From positions 372,001-436,000 of the forward strand of contig NMRA01000171.1 of assembly GCA_002633005.1 (NCBI GenBank): 64,000 nucleotides of DNA. Direction: 5' to 3'. The translations under genes and the position numbers were made by a program. Shown here piece after piece: positions 26,401-39,364 of the stretch. The DNA is from Phoronis australis (lineage: Eukaryota; Animalia; Phoronida). Under the pieces are notes generated by a model, which did no database searches, was not told the DNA's origin, and saw nothing but the letters and a program-made list of their open reading frames with translations. Position 1 is the first letter of the stretch. Each line of letters opens with the position of its first letter.

Positions 26401-27858
26401 GACTTTCCGAATGGTCATGCTCGGCAAAACGATCATAAAAACAGACCGAAAAAATACAACTACGCTACCTAGTAAACCCACCTTCTGTGGAAACACTAAT
26501 TTTAGATTTATTGACCTTTACGCCTGGTTACAACTCAGATTCGATTTGTTTCCAGACTTGCGAAGAACTCTGACAGTTCATGATTGGTCAACACAAAAAA
26601 TCAGGACAAAGACGGGTCAAGCCAACAGTTAGCCTGTTCCCATTTCCACTGACACCAGAACTGTCGCTTTTAATCTGAGTAAGGGGCAAATTGTGACCCC
26701 TTTTGATAACGCCGGTCCAAATCAAAAAATGGTGCACCTTAGATCACCATTGATGGATATGTTAGAGTCTAGTGGTCGTGTGCTTCAGTGATAGACATTG
26801 TAGCAAAATATGGAAACTTTAATTGATGATAGTAGACTTTGCTTGCTGCCTTCCTGGCACTATCGTTTTATCTCGTGTTCCGATTAACTATTTAGGTTTA
26901 CTGGCTCACTGCAAATAAAAATCTTTGAAACTGACTAGCTATCTAGGACCAAGTCACGATTCAAGAATTTATTTCAAATGATGCTGGTGATACAAGCACT
27001 AGTCAGATGCTCCAACTCTCCCGCCGTCAGAGCGAGATCTCCCGCTCTTCAGAGAATTTATAAAATCCTCCTGCCCATTTGGTAAAGATTCCTGTCTTGA
27101 ATTATGAATTATGAATTTTTTTAGAAACCTCTCAGATTGACTTAAAATACCTCTTAAAGCATCTTATTTCAAAAAATCCTAACCCCGGGCTCCGCTCACC
27201 TTCGCGCGTTGGACGTCCTTACTTATCGGGGATTTCACTTTCTTTCAAGTTGGAGCCTCTGACTATTAGAAACACTTTTAATGTTCATATTCATATAGTT
27301 AGACATGTACTGAACAATTGGTAGGCCTCAGTAATAAGTATAAGACAAGTTGGTAACATTTCGCTTGGGACGCCATATTTGGGAGTCCCGGTCGGGTCTG
27401 TCATGCCCGCGCCAGGAACAATTGTGATTTCAGTGAACGTGAGACAGACAACAATGAGAATTTTCGACTTTTAATGAAATCACAAAAGCAAAACGTATTT
27501 TGTTGGCCAAAGTTAACAACTTCAAGAAACAATAATCCTCAAAATACGTTTTTCGGCCATTATACCGATAATGTCTTTAATATCTATATATTTGAGGGGT
27601 CAATTTGTAAGTTTGTTAACAGGGTGCTCAGGCTATAAACTTGAACAAATTTTTAATTAATCGTACATCAATCCATTTATTTTATTAAATTTGTTAGAAT
27701 TAAAATTCAGTCTGTCTTTCCACAAGTCTATAGAGCATGGAGCTTGCACTGATTTTTTGTTCTTTCCAGCAGAACTATGTGGGTTCGTGTTTTTGGTTCA
27801 TCCTGCACTACAATCTTACAGGCTCTCAATACGGATGTATTCATTGCTTGTATTTCAG

Positions 27859-30800
27859 AGTTCAAATTCTCTAGTTCATTTCAAGTGGACAGCGACGTTC
27901 AGAACTGCTTCAATGAGAAGGGCTATATTATAATAAGGTATAACAAATATCTATCGCTCAGTGGCATCCATAATTAGCCTTAAAGTGGGCCTACGGTTAT
28001 GACAAATCTTATCTCGAATCTTGTTTACCTTGTTACTTTGCCAGTGATACAAGGTGGTCCAAAAAGATGACACCAATTCTTTGTAAATAACGTTTTATTG
28101 CGAGCGGATACTATAACTTTAATTTCTGGTTTTCTACTTTGAGTTCCCTTGTCGTAAAAATCTGAAGTGCACATGTCCATACAAGCACTTGTCCGCTAAT
28201 TGCCTGGACATAGACTGTCCTGATGTCATAGTGACACCTTTTTTGACCGTGGACTGTTTGACCATCTAGGCAACGCTAACGACAACTACAAGCTCAGACT
28301 CGAAAATTAACCATTCACATCGCATAATCCGAGTTTACTCGAAACGTGGCATGCAATAATGGTCCATTTTTGCGTATAAGTTTTAAGTTCAGAGAATAGG
28401 TCCCCGACTTTAGACGATAACACGGATGGTACGGACTGTCTATTAATTCAGATGACAGCGTAGGCCTAACTCACTATTTTTAAGTGGACATGCACAACTG
28501 CTTTTTATTCAGAGCCCTGTTTCATTAATTCTGAAAGCTAGCCAACTTCTTGATGACGTTTCATGAATGTTGGTGTGGAACACCCCCAGGAATTTTGACA
28601 ACGATCAATTAAATATACGTCCCTTCGATTCTTTCCAATTTTCTAATATTTTGAAGTTCCCTAAGAAGGCAATTAGGGTGCATTCTAAGTAATGTTGTAT
28701 TTTTGAGACTACTGAAAATGGCAAAATCCTCCAATTCAAAGTAGAGCTAATATATCTCAACTTTATGGATGATCTCATTTACAGCGTCCTAATCTCATCA
28801 GTCTCTTTTCTCACAAGCTGTGGTTCTTTGCCCACGTATTGCAATTCGGATCATTCGAACAAATTTCTTTTCTCATGAATCGCAATTCCTTTTGTTCTCT
28901 GTTAAGAACACGAATTGCTCGAGCGAGGAAGCTGACCTGAGATAATCTACCCCACCACGTTCACTTGGCAAATAAGTGTTAATCTTATGAAATTCTAAGT
29001 TACCTCTCCCCCGCGTGTAATATAATTTATTTTATTTGTTATAGAGGCCTTCTTTCTCCACCAGAACTCCTGAAACTAAAAACCGCACTAGAGAACGGCT
29101 CTTCTTCGACTACACAACTCTATGAAAGGAATGACGGAGAGGGGCGCAAATCAAAAGCGGTATTATGGAACCACCCGGGAGATGACGTCACAGGCATGAT
29201 TAGTCGCAGTGAGAAAGTAGCAGGAACCATGGAGAAGGTGCTTTCAAACGTCTGTTGTGAATGAATATAAAAATCAGAAACTGCAGATGATGCTTGGTTT
29301 TTGTTAGATTTTGCTGCTTAAAAAAGGCAAGGAACGCAAAAGCTCGTCAAAAATATCTTTTAAATAATTACTGACGAAAGTACCGTCTCGCAACTTCTAG
29401 TACAGTGTAATTCATTTTTCCCTGTGAGGAGCTTTCCAGAAAAAATCACAAAATTCATGATTTTGAAATACGCACGAAGGAAAACTGTGATTACCAGAGA
29501 GTTTTTAGTAATCTCCCTCTCACTTATCATAAATGAACACATGCGTTCACGTTCAGTTGCTTGAAGTCAAAGCTCACATTTTTCATATTAGGGAAATGTG
29601 CTGTGTCCACGTCTTGCCTTACCAAATAAGGAGGCGTGCTTTGCCTTGTGGGAGAAAAATCGACGAAGTGGCGAGCAGTTGATAGATCGTTTTTTAATTT
29701 GAAACTAAAAGAAAATTCTTTGATATCAACAGAAATTAAACGAACAAACCTTAAAATACCTGGTGAACTGGTTGAATTCTGTTTCAGTGGCAAAGAACCA
29801 CTTTCAATATTGCAATTTAGTCTGTTCATTGCGTTCCAGTTTTTTTAAAGGAGATATGAACCCGAGTTCCTCCCAAGAAGGAAAGTTTTAGATTTAATAT
29901 AGACTGCATTTTTAGTTTAAAACATAGTTAAAGCGGTTACAAATCTGTGTTTTGTCCAAGAATCGATTTTTTGATTTAGACCACTCACTGTTATAAGTCG
30001 GTTTCAACTTTTTCCTCACTCAAGCATAAAGTGATTTATGGATTTGTAAAGAACTGACAGTTCCTCATTAAATGACGTCATGCTCGGCTGATAAAATGAC
30101 ACGCCGTGACAGCAAACTTTTAGAGCCCAATATCGAGGGAGGTGAACTATCAGTTCTTTTGGAATCCTAAAATTGTGTCAAAGGAATAATTTGAAACAGA
30201 TTTCATAACAGTAAGTTGTCTCAATCCAAGTTAGCGTTTACAGGCTTTGTTACACCAAGACTAGCCTAGGCGAGGTGCCTCACCCCTGCCAAACAGCCAG
30301 TCAAGCCTATTTGACATGTCCAAGTTTATTAAGCATGTAAATCTTTGTTTGAACAGGAAGCAGTGCGCCTGTAATTTCCATTAGATCAGGTTTAGTGTAT
30401 TGGAAACACAGAGGGTGTGGTAATGCACTATCCGTAGGCGATCGGGGTGAGTGAGGTGTAATTTGCAAAGGCAACTTATGTCGTTCATGATTTGTTTTTG
30501 CTGATGGAGACGAGTTTATGTCCCCCTTTAACCAGTTGTTTCAAAATTCTGAGCCCCGAATGATATCATGCTTCATGTATGTAACTAGTATGAAGCGTGA
30601 TTATCCCCAGTATGCAATAAATGTAGTTCCTATTATACTTGCAGTTACTGGGTGGCGAAGTGTACCACTATCACGCCAAAGTGATCATGAAGGAAGCTTT
30701 CACAGGTGGCGCTCATCTCTGGCATCAAGACTATGGGTATTGCACTGGTTGACAACTTAAAGATATTTCCAATATTTCGTACCTTGAAAAGCGCCTCATA

Positions 30801-33800
30801 AACTGTCCACCATCATGCACGAAAACAGTAACGCCAGACATTTTCTGTTACGAATGACATATTAGATTTTTATAACTTTTATTACGAAAAACACAATGTA
30901 CAATAATAAGAGTTGAGCCCAGAAAGCGCTAGAAAGTGTGATATCTGATTATATGTGATTTATCGAACATTTATTTAAATTTGAAATTTTAAACATTAAG
31001 ATACCAAATAAAACTAAATCTGAAAGGAAGATTATCAAATTTTCCAAGTAAAATGATTTTTTATTACTATGGTACCTATAATCTTAATTTGGAGCGTTTT
31101 TCTTAAACACATACTGCGTCATATTAGTCTGCTGGGTTACGTAATGGTAAATACGAATTTTAGTGCTGAGCTAAGCAAAACTTGTATCGTTTTGCAACGT
31201 AATTTTGAATACCTTTTTAAGGTATTGGTATGTAAATGGTAACATGTACCCAGACATGGGAACCGTATGGATCGCCGTTGATAAAGCTGATAGGACGAAT
31301 GGTTGCTTAAAGGTAAGTTCTCGTTGGCAAGGCGAATGGTTTCTTGGAAACAGGTCATTGAAGGAAATGATTTTTAAACGAAACCGACAGTGGGTATTAA
31401 GTGGACGGCACGTTCAAAAGGGTTACCGTCTGGTGAGTTTCACGAGATCACGCAGGTCTCAGTTATTGTCAATCAATTCGAAAACCGACTTGCATGTACC
31501 GATTTCGGGAACGTTTTTTAACATTAAGGGTATATTTCATCTAGTTTTGGGGATGAGGGCCCGTATAAAAAGAAAACAAAATGTTTCAATGTTTATAAAG
31601 CAACTCAGACTTGAAATTCAAAAGGTCACTGAACCTAGTGTTTGGATAGTAACAAACATTAACTAGGGCACGCCCACTAAACTAGTACTCTGTAATCTTC
31701 GTCAACCCTCAACAGTTCGGAGCAATGAGTGTTGTATCGGTAAGCGTGGCTAACACTTAAGGCGAGTAACCCTACTGCGTGCCACTGCAGCTGATGCCAT
31801 GAGGAGGCATCTTATTTGAATGATTTTCCCACTCAGGTGCATGCGTTAGCAATGATGCATTAACTAGTGGCAAAGCCAGCTTTCGGTGAAATCACCAAAA
31901 TAGAGCTGAGTTTCCTTTTAAGCCGAGTGAGTAAGCCGCAGGTACCAACTCAACATGTGCTAGTTATTCTCGATGACTAGCCTCGGCTAATGTCTTTTGC
32001 GAATGACGCTTTATCTGAATAAACGTTATTGTACAAAGCTTCATGACCGGTCTGTGCCTCAAGTTCGTTTTTCATGAACAAGGTGTCGCTGCCTTCGTCT
32101 TTTTACTTGGCAAAACTTTATTGCAACTGGCGGCATGAACAGTTGAACCATTTGATTTCGTCCATGTCTATGGCAATGTTCTCCAAGAAAACGGGACAAA
32201 CTGATTTTCCACGATCCAGCGTGTTTCATGAAGAATTATTCGAGGAAATGTATTTCTGCGTAATTTTTGGCCGTCATAAAATTACATTCGTTACCCGTCA
32301 CTGAATCCTTTTTGCTGTCATAACTGAAGTTGGGACATGGTCAGATATGAAACTTACCCGAAGGATAATTGAGGCTACGAAAATACCCGAGGTGTTTCGA
32401 ATGGGCATGTACCACGCCTCGAAGTGCATGTCAAAATCCAACACTTTTTGACGGTGTTGACTAGCCCGTCCAAAATCGGGCCATCTCAAGTCAATTCCAG
32501 ACAATCCTTCAGTCTTGCCAGTAAGAATTGGTTTCGGGCCAGTTTCAACGTTTACGTAAAGGGGACGAAATACATTTTTAACATATCAAATTAATTCTGA
32601 TACAGTGACCAAACCATCCATTTCGTGCGTCCATCTTTTTAAATAATTAGAATACAAATGTTAAAACACAGTTAGAAGAGTAGAAGTTATGTAAGCAAAT
32701 TAATTTTAAGCGGGTAACAGTCATTAGCAGAATTCCTTAATATTTACTTATCTTCACATTCCGAAAGTTCGGTAACTTATTTTTGAGTTATTTGATTAGA
32801 TACCGAGATAGACGGATTGAGAAAACAAACCATCGCCGGGTAAAAACAAACATACCGGTATATGGATATGTAAATCTGAACCAGTGTACAAATATAGATC
32901 GCAAACTTTTTTAAGTCTGATCTGCACGCGCAGAGCAGACTTAAAAACGTTTGCAAAAATCATAAAAAACCTGCCAGAGGACGCTAGGGAAATTCTGGCC
33001 AATGAGCTATATTTTTCTCATTGGGCTTGCTATCAACGAGTTTAGGCTTATAAAATCGACTGGAGCCCCAACAGTTTCTTATATATGGGGGAGAGATTCC
33101 TGTAAGGCATTTCACTAAAGGCTAATTTAGTTGTTTTGGTTGCATTCTCTCCTTCCTCAGGTTATTCCCGGCTCCCATAAGATTGGCCGCATTGATCATG
33201 ACCGAGTGGGAGATCAGGCGCAAGCTGACCTCGAAAGGGTCAAATGGGCGGAGCAAACTCTGGGTATAGTGTACGCCGAGCTGGAGCCTGGGGACGCGCT
33301 TGTCTTTCACAGTAACTTGTTACATCGCAGGTAAATATAGTCACGGGAAATCAGATCAAAATTAGTCGTCGGGTATTTCATGCCTGGAAAACGTAATAAA
33401 ATCTGAAACCTAATTGTCCAACCCCAATCTGCCTCACGAGTTGTTGCATGTATTTTTTATTCCAGTTGCAGGGGAAAAACAAACTCTTACTGTAGAATTC
33501 TTACCACGAAACACGTGAACACACTCGCTGGTGTCTTGCGTCTGCGGAACGTAACAAATATCCGATCTCCTTTCTGATCGCATGGTATACCATGTGCGCA
33601 CCCAGCCTTCAATATGACGGGGGAGGGTGCTCGAATTCCTGACGTTGTGTACCTTTTGCTAACAAAAGAACGGGCGGACTAAAAGAAATTTAGTCCTATT
33701 TTCTTGGACTTTTTGTCTCTCAGGGACGGACCTTTTTTCTCACTTCGCCAAATGGGGGGGGGGGGGNCCGAGCCTCCCATGGGTGCGTGCATGTATACGA

Positions 33801-35491
33801 ACGCTGTGTAAGAGGCCCACTTTTTGGAAAGACTTTGGTAAAACAAAACCTCACCTTTTAGTGAGTAGGCCTTACACCGAACCCAAGTGTTGCCAATAAC
33901 AGTTATTAAGACACCCTTTCGTGTAGGTTAACTTTTTATTGTAGTTTTAACCATATAATTGTTGATTTGTAGAATCAAAATTGAACGAAGTGTCCGTGTC
34001 CTATTTGACATAGGCCTAGTCGTTTTATTGCATCGGAGTTCGATATTTGTGTCAAGTTCGTAATCCATGGAATGATTTCTCGGGATTAACCCAACTGGCC
34101 TGGGGAAAGCTGGCCGTGAAAAATCCACGTGCATGAGCCGTGTGTGTCATCCTTTTATGTACCTTGAGCACCTCGTTAACTGTCCAACGGTGATGGCCGG
34201 AATGAAGTCGTAACGGACATTACACTACTTCTGCGAGTTCCGAGTGACGTGATACCATCAGTGTCGCAGACGTTCAGATAGCCATAACGCAGTCAGGGAA
34301 TTCTAAAATATTGCCAGTTTGGAAACTTGCTGAGACTGAGTTATTCGCTTTTGTTTTTCTTTCAAAAATTGAAGAAAATATACATTTTTGGTTTTAAGCT
34401 AATAATTCAGGCTCTAACGACTTCAGTGACTCTAAATATCAGAATGCTTTTATAAGAAGACATAGTACAATATCAGTGTGGTATAAGCTATAGTAATGTA
34501 TTTGTGCCCTGCTACCGCAACCGGCATCAAGGTGGTATTACAAGTGACGGACGTCGATATAGATGAGGTGGATGCAAACGTGTTCTATGTTGTAGTGACT
34601 TTCATTTCTAGTGGAGTCAGGAGTGATTGGAATCGACTAGTCAATACCTGAAACTAATGAAACCCTCGGCTACAGGCCCATTGCAGTAGTTTCATAGTCT
34701 AGCAAACATGTGTCAATTCGTCTTTTAGCGAGCAAAACAGCAGTCCCAACAGGCGATGGGGATATCTGTGCTGCTATAACCGGGCTTCTAACAATCCGAT
34801 CTACGCGCACCACCATCCCAAGTATACACCCTTGGAAAAGGTAAATGAGCTGGATGATGTATAGTTATATACGCGCATTATTATACCCTTGCGTCCAATT
34901 CACACGTGTAAATATACAACGAATGATATGCAAAACAATGGTAAATATTTTCTTAGAAAAAAATCGCAATATAGGCCTAGGCACATGGTGGGCCTATTTA
35001 CGCGTACACACGGTGGGTACATGTATTTATTCACTGCTTACGACTTTACAATAAAAATAATAAAATAACTGTATCAAAAAGTATCAAAAATTTCTTTGCC
35101 GTGCTTGCAAAAAATTCAATTGTTCCAACGAAGTGATGAGAGGTTACCCTGCGATTGCTATTGCCGAAACAACCCGGCAATTTTAGAACATTAGGGACAA
35201 CCAATATCGTTAAAACTAATAGGTTTTTGCACTCTACAAGCCAACGCACTGAATGAAATTATTTTCTGTCACGGTATAATTATTACGGGCTGCACGAGCA
35301 TCTTTCAAAAATCGACTGGAATCGAAACGACAGCACCTGAATATATACTGACCGAGTAATACAAAGACAAATATTTATATTTACAGGTGCCCGATTCTGC
35401 CATCATGGATTGCGGAGATACTCTTAAAGATGATGGAAAATGGTTCTTCCAAGGAATTAAAGAAGACCACGCTGTGGGGAATATGTCGTGA
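27859..35491 (+). CDS. Phytanoyl-CoA dioxygenase (PhyH) family Fe(II)/2-oxoglutarate dioxygenase, ectoine hydroxylase/L-proline trans-4-hydroxylase-like; start exon uncertain
   Basis: Exons 27859-27937, 29045-29237, 30645-30736, 31222-31312, 33161-33330, 34729-34840, 35387-35491 (TGA), all GT-AG and phase consistent. Motifs: [43 protein letters not shown] (HxD iron ligands), [37 protein letters not shown] (distal His and 2OG-binding Arg). The start could be ATG GCA G|gt at 24732-24738, a small exon near 27770-27782, or ATG 27777 read through. Confidence 0.92.
29845..30250. mobile_element. Degenerate foldback/MITE-like non-autonomous DNA transposon in a dioxygenase intron
   Basis: About 29973-30066 is an imperfect inverted repeat of about 30140-30227 (actcactgttataagtcggtttcaa...aagaactgacagttcctc vs gaggtgaactatcagttct...ttgaaacagatttcataacagtaagt); the region begins TTAAAGG. 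Confidence 0.55.
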
Positions 35492-35594
35492 AACATTAAC
35501 TGGTGTATCTGCTATAGCGTCTTTGCTAGCACTAAATAACGAGATTAGAAATAGTTGTTCGACAGTACGTTCATTTGGAAAACATCCAACGATT

Positions 35595-35600
35595 AATAAA
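35595..35600 (+). promoter_or_regulatory. Probable polyadenylation signal of the dioxygenase gene
   Basis: AATAAA about 100 nt after the stop; a second AATAAA at about 35643. Confidence 0.5.
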
Positions 35601-36168
35601 TAGTAGAAAGCTAAAGAGATTAGTGAAGTTTGCATGTTTAACAATAAAAAACGGTCTTGCGATATAACTTCCAATGTCAGTTCGTCACCAAATCTCAAAA
35701 TTAATTTAATGAATGCTGCGTCTCCACAAAAGCATTTTCAAAATTTGTAACTACCAACGAATATTTGTTTGCGTTACCTATTGGGTGATTTAACTACTTA
35801 GCAACAGAGCGGTACATCGTTACGTGGTTCCTACTTCAGAAACATGAAATGCACCGAGAAACACTGATCGAAAAAACAGTTGCTTTGAATTTTGGGTTAC
35901 GCATACACGATCACAATATCAGCGGCCACTACAATGAATTTGGCCAACGTCAAATATTTATTGACTTATGATCTAGACGTTTTGCAGGACCCACATATGT
36001 ACTTGGGGATCAAACATATTTTCCAGTCAACATTGGTTTCACTGATGAATTATTTCGCCGGCAGGTGTAATAGGTGAGCACGGGATTATTTTATCAAATT
36101 CAAAGTCCATCGAACACTCGCTGGCTCTACCGTTAGACAGCCTACTGTCTTTATCGTCACAGCTTTTA

Positions 36169-37058
36169 CGTAGACTCTATCGATAGAATCAGGAAGACAA
36201 GGCTGTCCGCCATAGACCGACAGATCTCAATCGATAGAGTAAGTCTATCGATAGAGATCGGAAAGAATATCGACAGAAATTACTCCACCGAGAATTGGGA
36301 TTGGAAAGATTTCCGCGACTGTTATAACCAACGCATTACTGCCGTTTGGTTCGACATGTACCGGGTGGAAAGGTCTCTCTCTCTCTACGGCTCTGATTTC
36401 CTCTGAAGCACGGGTGCCTGTACCTCGACAAGTGTGGCTGACAATTTTTCAAAAAAGAGAAAAAAAATGATGCAACGGTTCATGCTTTTCGACAAATTGA
36501 TCGTAGTGGAATACTACAGCTTGCGTTCTTCAAATTCTGAATTCTTCTTGTCACCAACTCGTGCGTTCCAGTGTGATTTTGATGAAAAGAAGCGAAATGT
36601 CTATTAAAATAAGTTTATTGTAAATCAAGCAAACTAAAAGGATGGGAAACGGTAAAAACGACAAAGTTCTGTGTTACGGTGGCTGTAAAAGATCAGCTCG
36701 GTATTTTTTCTTCAGTCTTAATCAGTCCACCGATCATTTTTATCTCTATCGATAGAGTTGCTGTATCTTCGATAGAACTCCAAAACTAGAGTTAACTATC
36801 CACAGAGTTAGGCTTATCGACATAAATAATAAGTCTTTTGAGGGAGGTAGTATCTCTACCAATATATTTAGTATCTCTATCGATAGTCTTAGTATATCAA
36901 AAGATTTTCCATCTCAACCTATATTAATGACCTTACTAGAGCTATCAAGCCTCTATCGATAGAGAGTTAGTCTATCGATAGAGAGAGAGTTAGTCTATCG
37001 ATAGAGTTACCATTTTCATGGGCAGATTTCCCCAACTCCATCGATAGAGAGACTTACG
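36169..37058. mobile_element. MITE-like element with clustered CTATCGATAG palindromes at both ends
   Basis: About 13 copies or variants of (CT)CTATCGATAG(AG) in two clusters (36175-36275 and 36744-37050); the ends cgtagactctatcgataga and tccatcgatagagagacttacg are roughly inverted. Confidence 0.65.
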
Positions 37059-37233
37059 CCTAGACAAAATATTCCAAGCCGATTCTTTTGCAGCCAAGAT
37101 AGTAAATAAAGAAAGTGAAAGCCAATATTTGCTCAGAGGATTTGGGAACATGCAACCTGTTGTTAATCCTAATTAAAAAGAATAAACAGAGCAACACCCG
37201 AAATAACGTATACAAATCACTGTTCATGCAAAT

Positions 37234-37703
37234 CCCCGGGGGTACTCCACTATATTTTGAAGGTTAGTGTTGCAGGTGCACTGAATAAAATAAGATACCA
37301 GCCCAATAAGAAAGATTTGAAAAAGGCTCCATTTGTACGATGCTTCACTCCATGAAAAAGTCATCTTTTCGCAAAGTTTTGTTGCACCGTGTCAATTCCG
37401 TAAAACTAAACTGCAAGGATTCTAAGGTAGCTGATTTTTTAAACACAAGCCCGAAAATTTACAAAAAATGAGTGCACATTTTTTGTAACCGGCAAGTTTA
37501 AAAAACATGTAACATTTAAACAATTCAGGGGACTTGTATTGCTTATACGGAAAAGGACACTTTCGTAGATTTTTTGAATTCCAAACGTGATCCCTTTTGC
37601 ATGAAATTTAAACTAAAGGGCAGGATTGTTAGAGGAGACTCATCCTTCTGAGCGACACGTCCCGCAGTATACATGTACCTTTTCTATGATAATACCCCCA
37701 GGA
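37234..37703. mobile_element. Small MITE with short CCCGGGGG-type terminal inverted repeats
   Basis: Left ccccgggggtact, right aatacccccagg; flanked by tgcaaat/agcaaat, a possible target-site duplication. Confidence 0.5.
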
Positions 37704-38056
37704 AGCAAATACGGTCACACTAAATTTAAAGAATCCAGTTCCGCACAAGATATATTACCTCACACGTGTCAGTATGGATAGTTCCGCCAAAAGCACTCAG
37801 GCCATGCCCACCCTCAGTCACTGTCGCGATGGTCCCACGAGAACTAAACAAATATGGCAGAAGTCCCTTGCAAGCGTGATGCAGCAACATATTTCTACGA
37901 TTTTGTTTTTGCCCATTTAACAGCAAAAGTGCTACCAAGATCCTTGGAAAAGTAAACAAAATGTTGTAGACAGCAGTATATCATGAAGCCACCCTTTGAG
38001 CCCATTCAAAGATTACACCAACTAATTTTTAACGAATTAAGCTTCATTCACAATTG

Positions 38057-38062
38057 TTTATT
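38057..38062 (-). promoter_or_regulatory. Possible TMEM132 polyadenylation signal
   Basis: TTTATT on + (AATAAA on -) about 1.3 kb downstream of the TMEM132 stop. Confidence 0.4.
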
Positions 38063-38139
38063 ATGATGGTGGGAGAAAGTACCTCCTTGCATCTCCAATG
38101 TATTTGAAAGCTGTTTTGTTTAGTGTCTACTTATGGTTA

Positions 38140-38351
38140 AGTGTCCACTGACAATCAAGTGATGTCCACTGATGGTCAAGTGTCCACTGACAATCAAGTG
38201 ATGTCCACTGATGGTCAAGTGTCCACTGATGATCAAGTGATGTCCACTGATGGTCAAGTGTCCACTGATGATCAAGTGATGTCCACTGATGGTCAAGTAT
38301 CCAAAGATGGTCAAGTGATGTCCACAGATGGTCAAGTGTCCACTGATGGTC
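38140..38351. repeat. Alternating 18/21-bp (39-bp) tandem repeat, probably within the TMEM132 3' UTR
   Basis: GTGTCCACTGATGATCAAGTGATGTCCACTGATGGTCAA units. Confidence 0.9.
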
Positions 38352-39364
38352 TAGCCACTATCACGGTGACAGCAATGACAAACTGTCTTGGGTTGTCCAC
38401 CAACCTACCTTTCTGGAAGTCACAGTTTCACATATTATTTAATCATTACCTCACATTAGATACTGCATTAAATAAAATAACATAAAATATTTGTAAAACA
38501 AAAATATATGTGACACTTATTAAGGTGAATTTCTTTCACTGAGTACTTGATTATCCAGACATATACCCGGGGCGGATATTCAACTGATCAATAAATCAAC
38601 TAAAATCTTTTGTCAGCTATGGACAATTTTCCTGTCATTATCCACATATCCATGATCGCATTCCAAACGCTCCATGCACATTGTAAAATTATCTTTACTC
38701 TTTCATTTGCAATCAATGTTCATAGGACAAAGATGGAACAATACGGTTGTGTTTATAGTGTTCCCATGCCCTGATTGGCTAGAATTCTTAGTTTGATTGA
38801 CATGTCCGAACCCTCCATTATGTTAATTCTTTCAACAATTTTACAGATTGCTAAATGCAAGTAAATAGGCATACCAGTGGTCATTTGATTATCACAAAAT
38901 ATCACAAATTGAATAGGCTGTAAATTTTAAGCTAGGAATACAACAACAAAAACCTGAAAGAAAACGAAAGTTCAAATGTGAGAGACAAGATACCAGAAAT
39001 CTTGTATAGAAGATTTCTGCAGATACCATCACGGGATCACAATAGCTCGGTAAGAACCCAACGTAGTAGACATTTTAACACACTTTAAATATTTTCTTAA
39101 AAGGAAAAATGGTATAACATATAAATATTGCAGGACACTACATAGAACACCAGGATATCAACAATATAACATATTAATCGACTGAACAAGACACTGGGTA
39201 TAAACACCCTTGGAGATTGGTGTTATTTTTCTAATCAAAATATCTAAAATACTACAATCTAGTCAATAATATAATTTCTTTACAATTTATATTATAAAGT
39301 TAAATTGCACAGAAGACACTTGTAAGATACATGTGTAAACCCAAGCCATGACCTGGGTACACAA

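Noticed and set aside
38120-38485. STDGQV-repeat ORF of 114 aa
   Set aside because: Arises from an 18/21-bp tandem repeat; open in several frames and not linked to any exon structure
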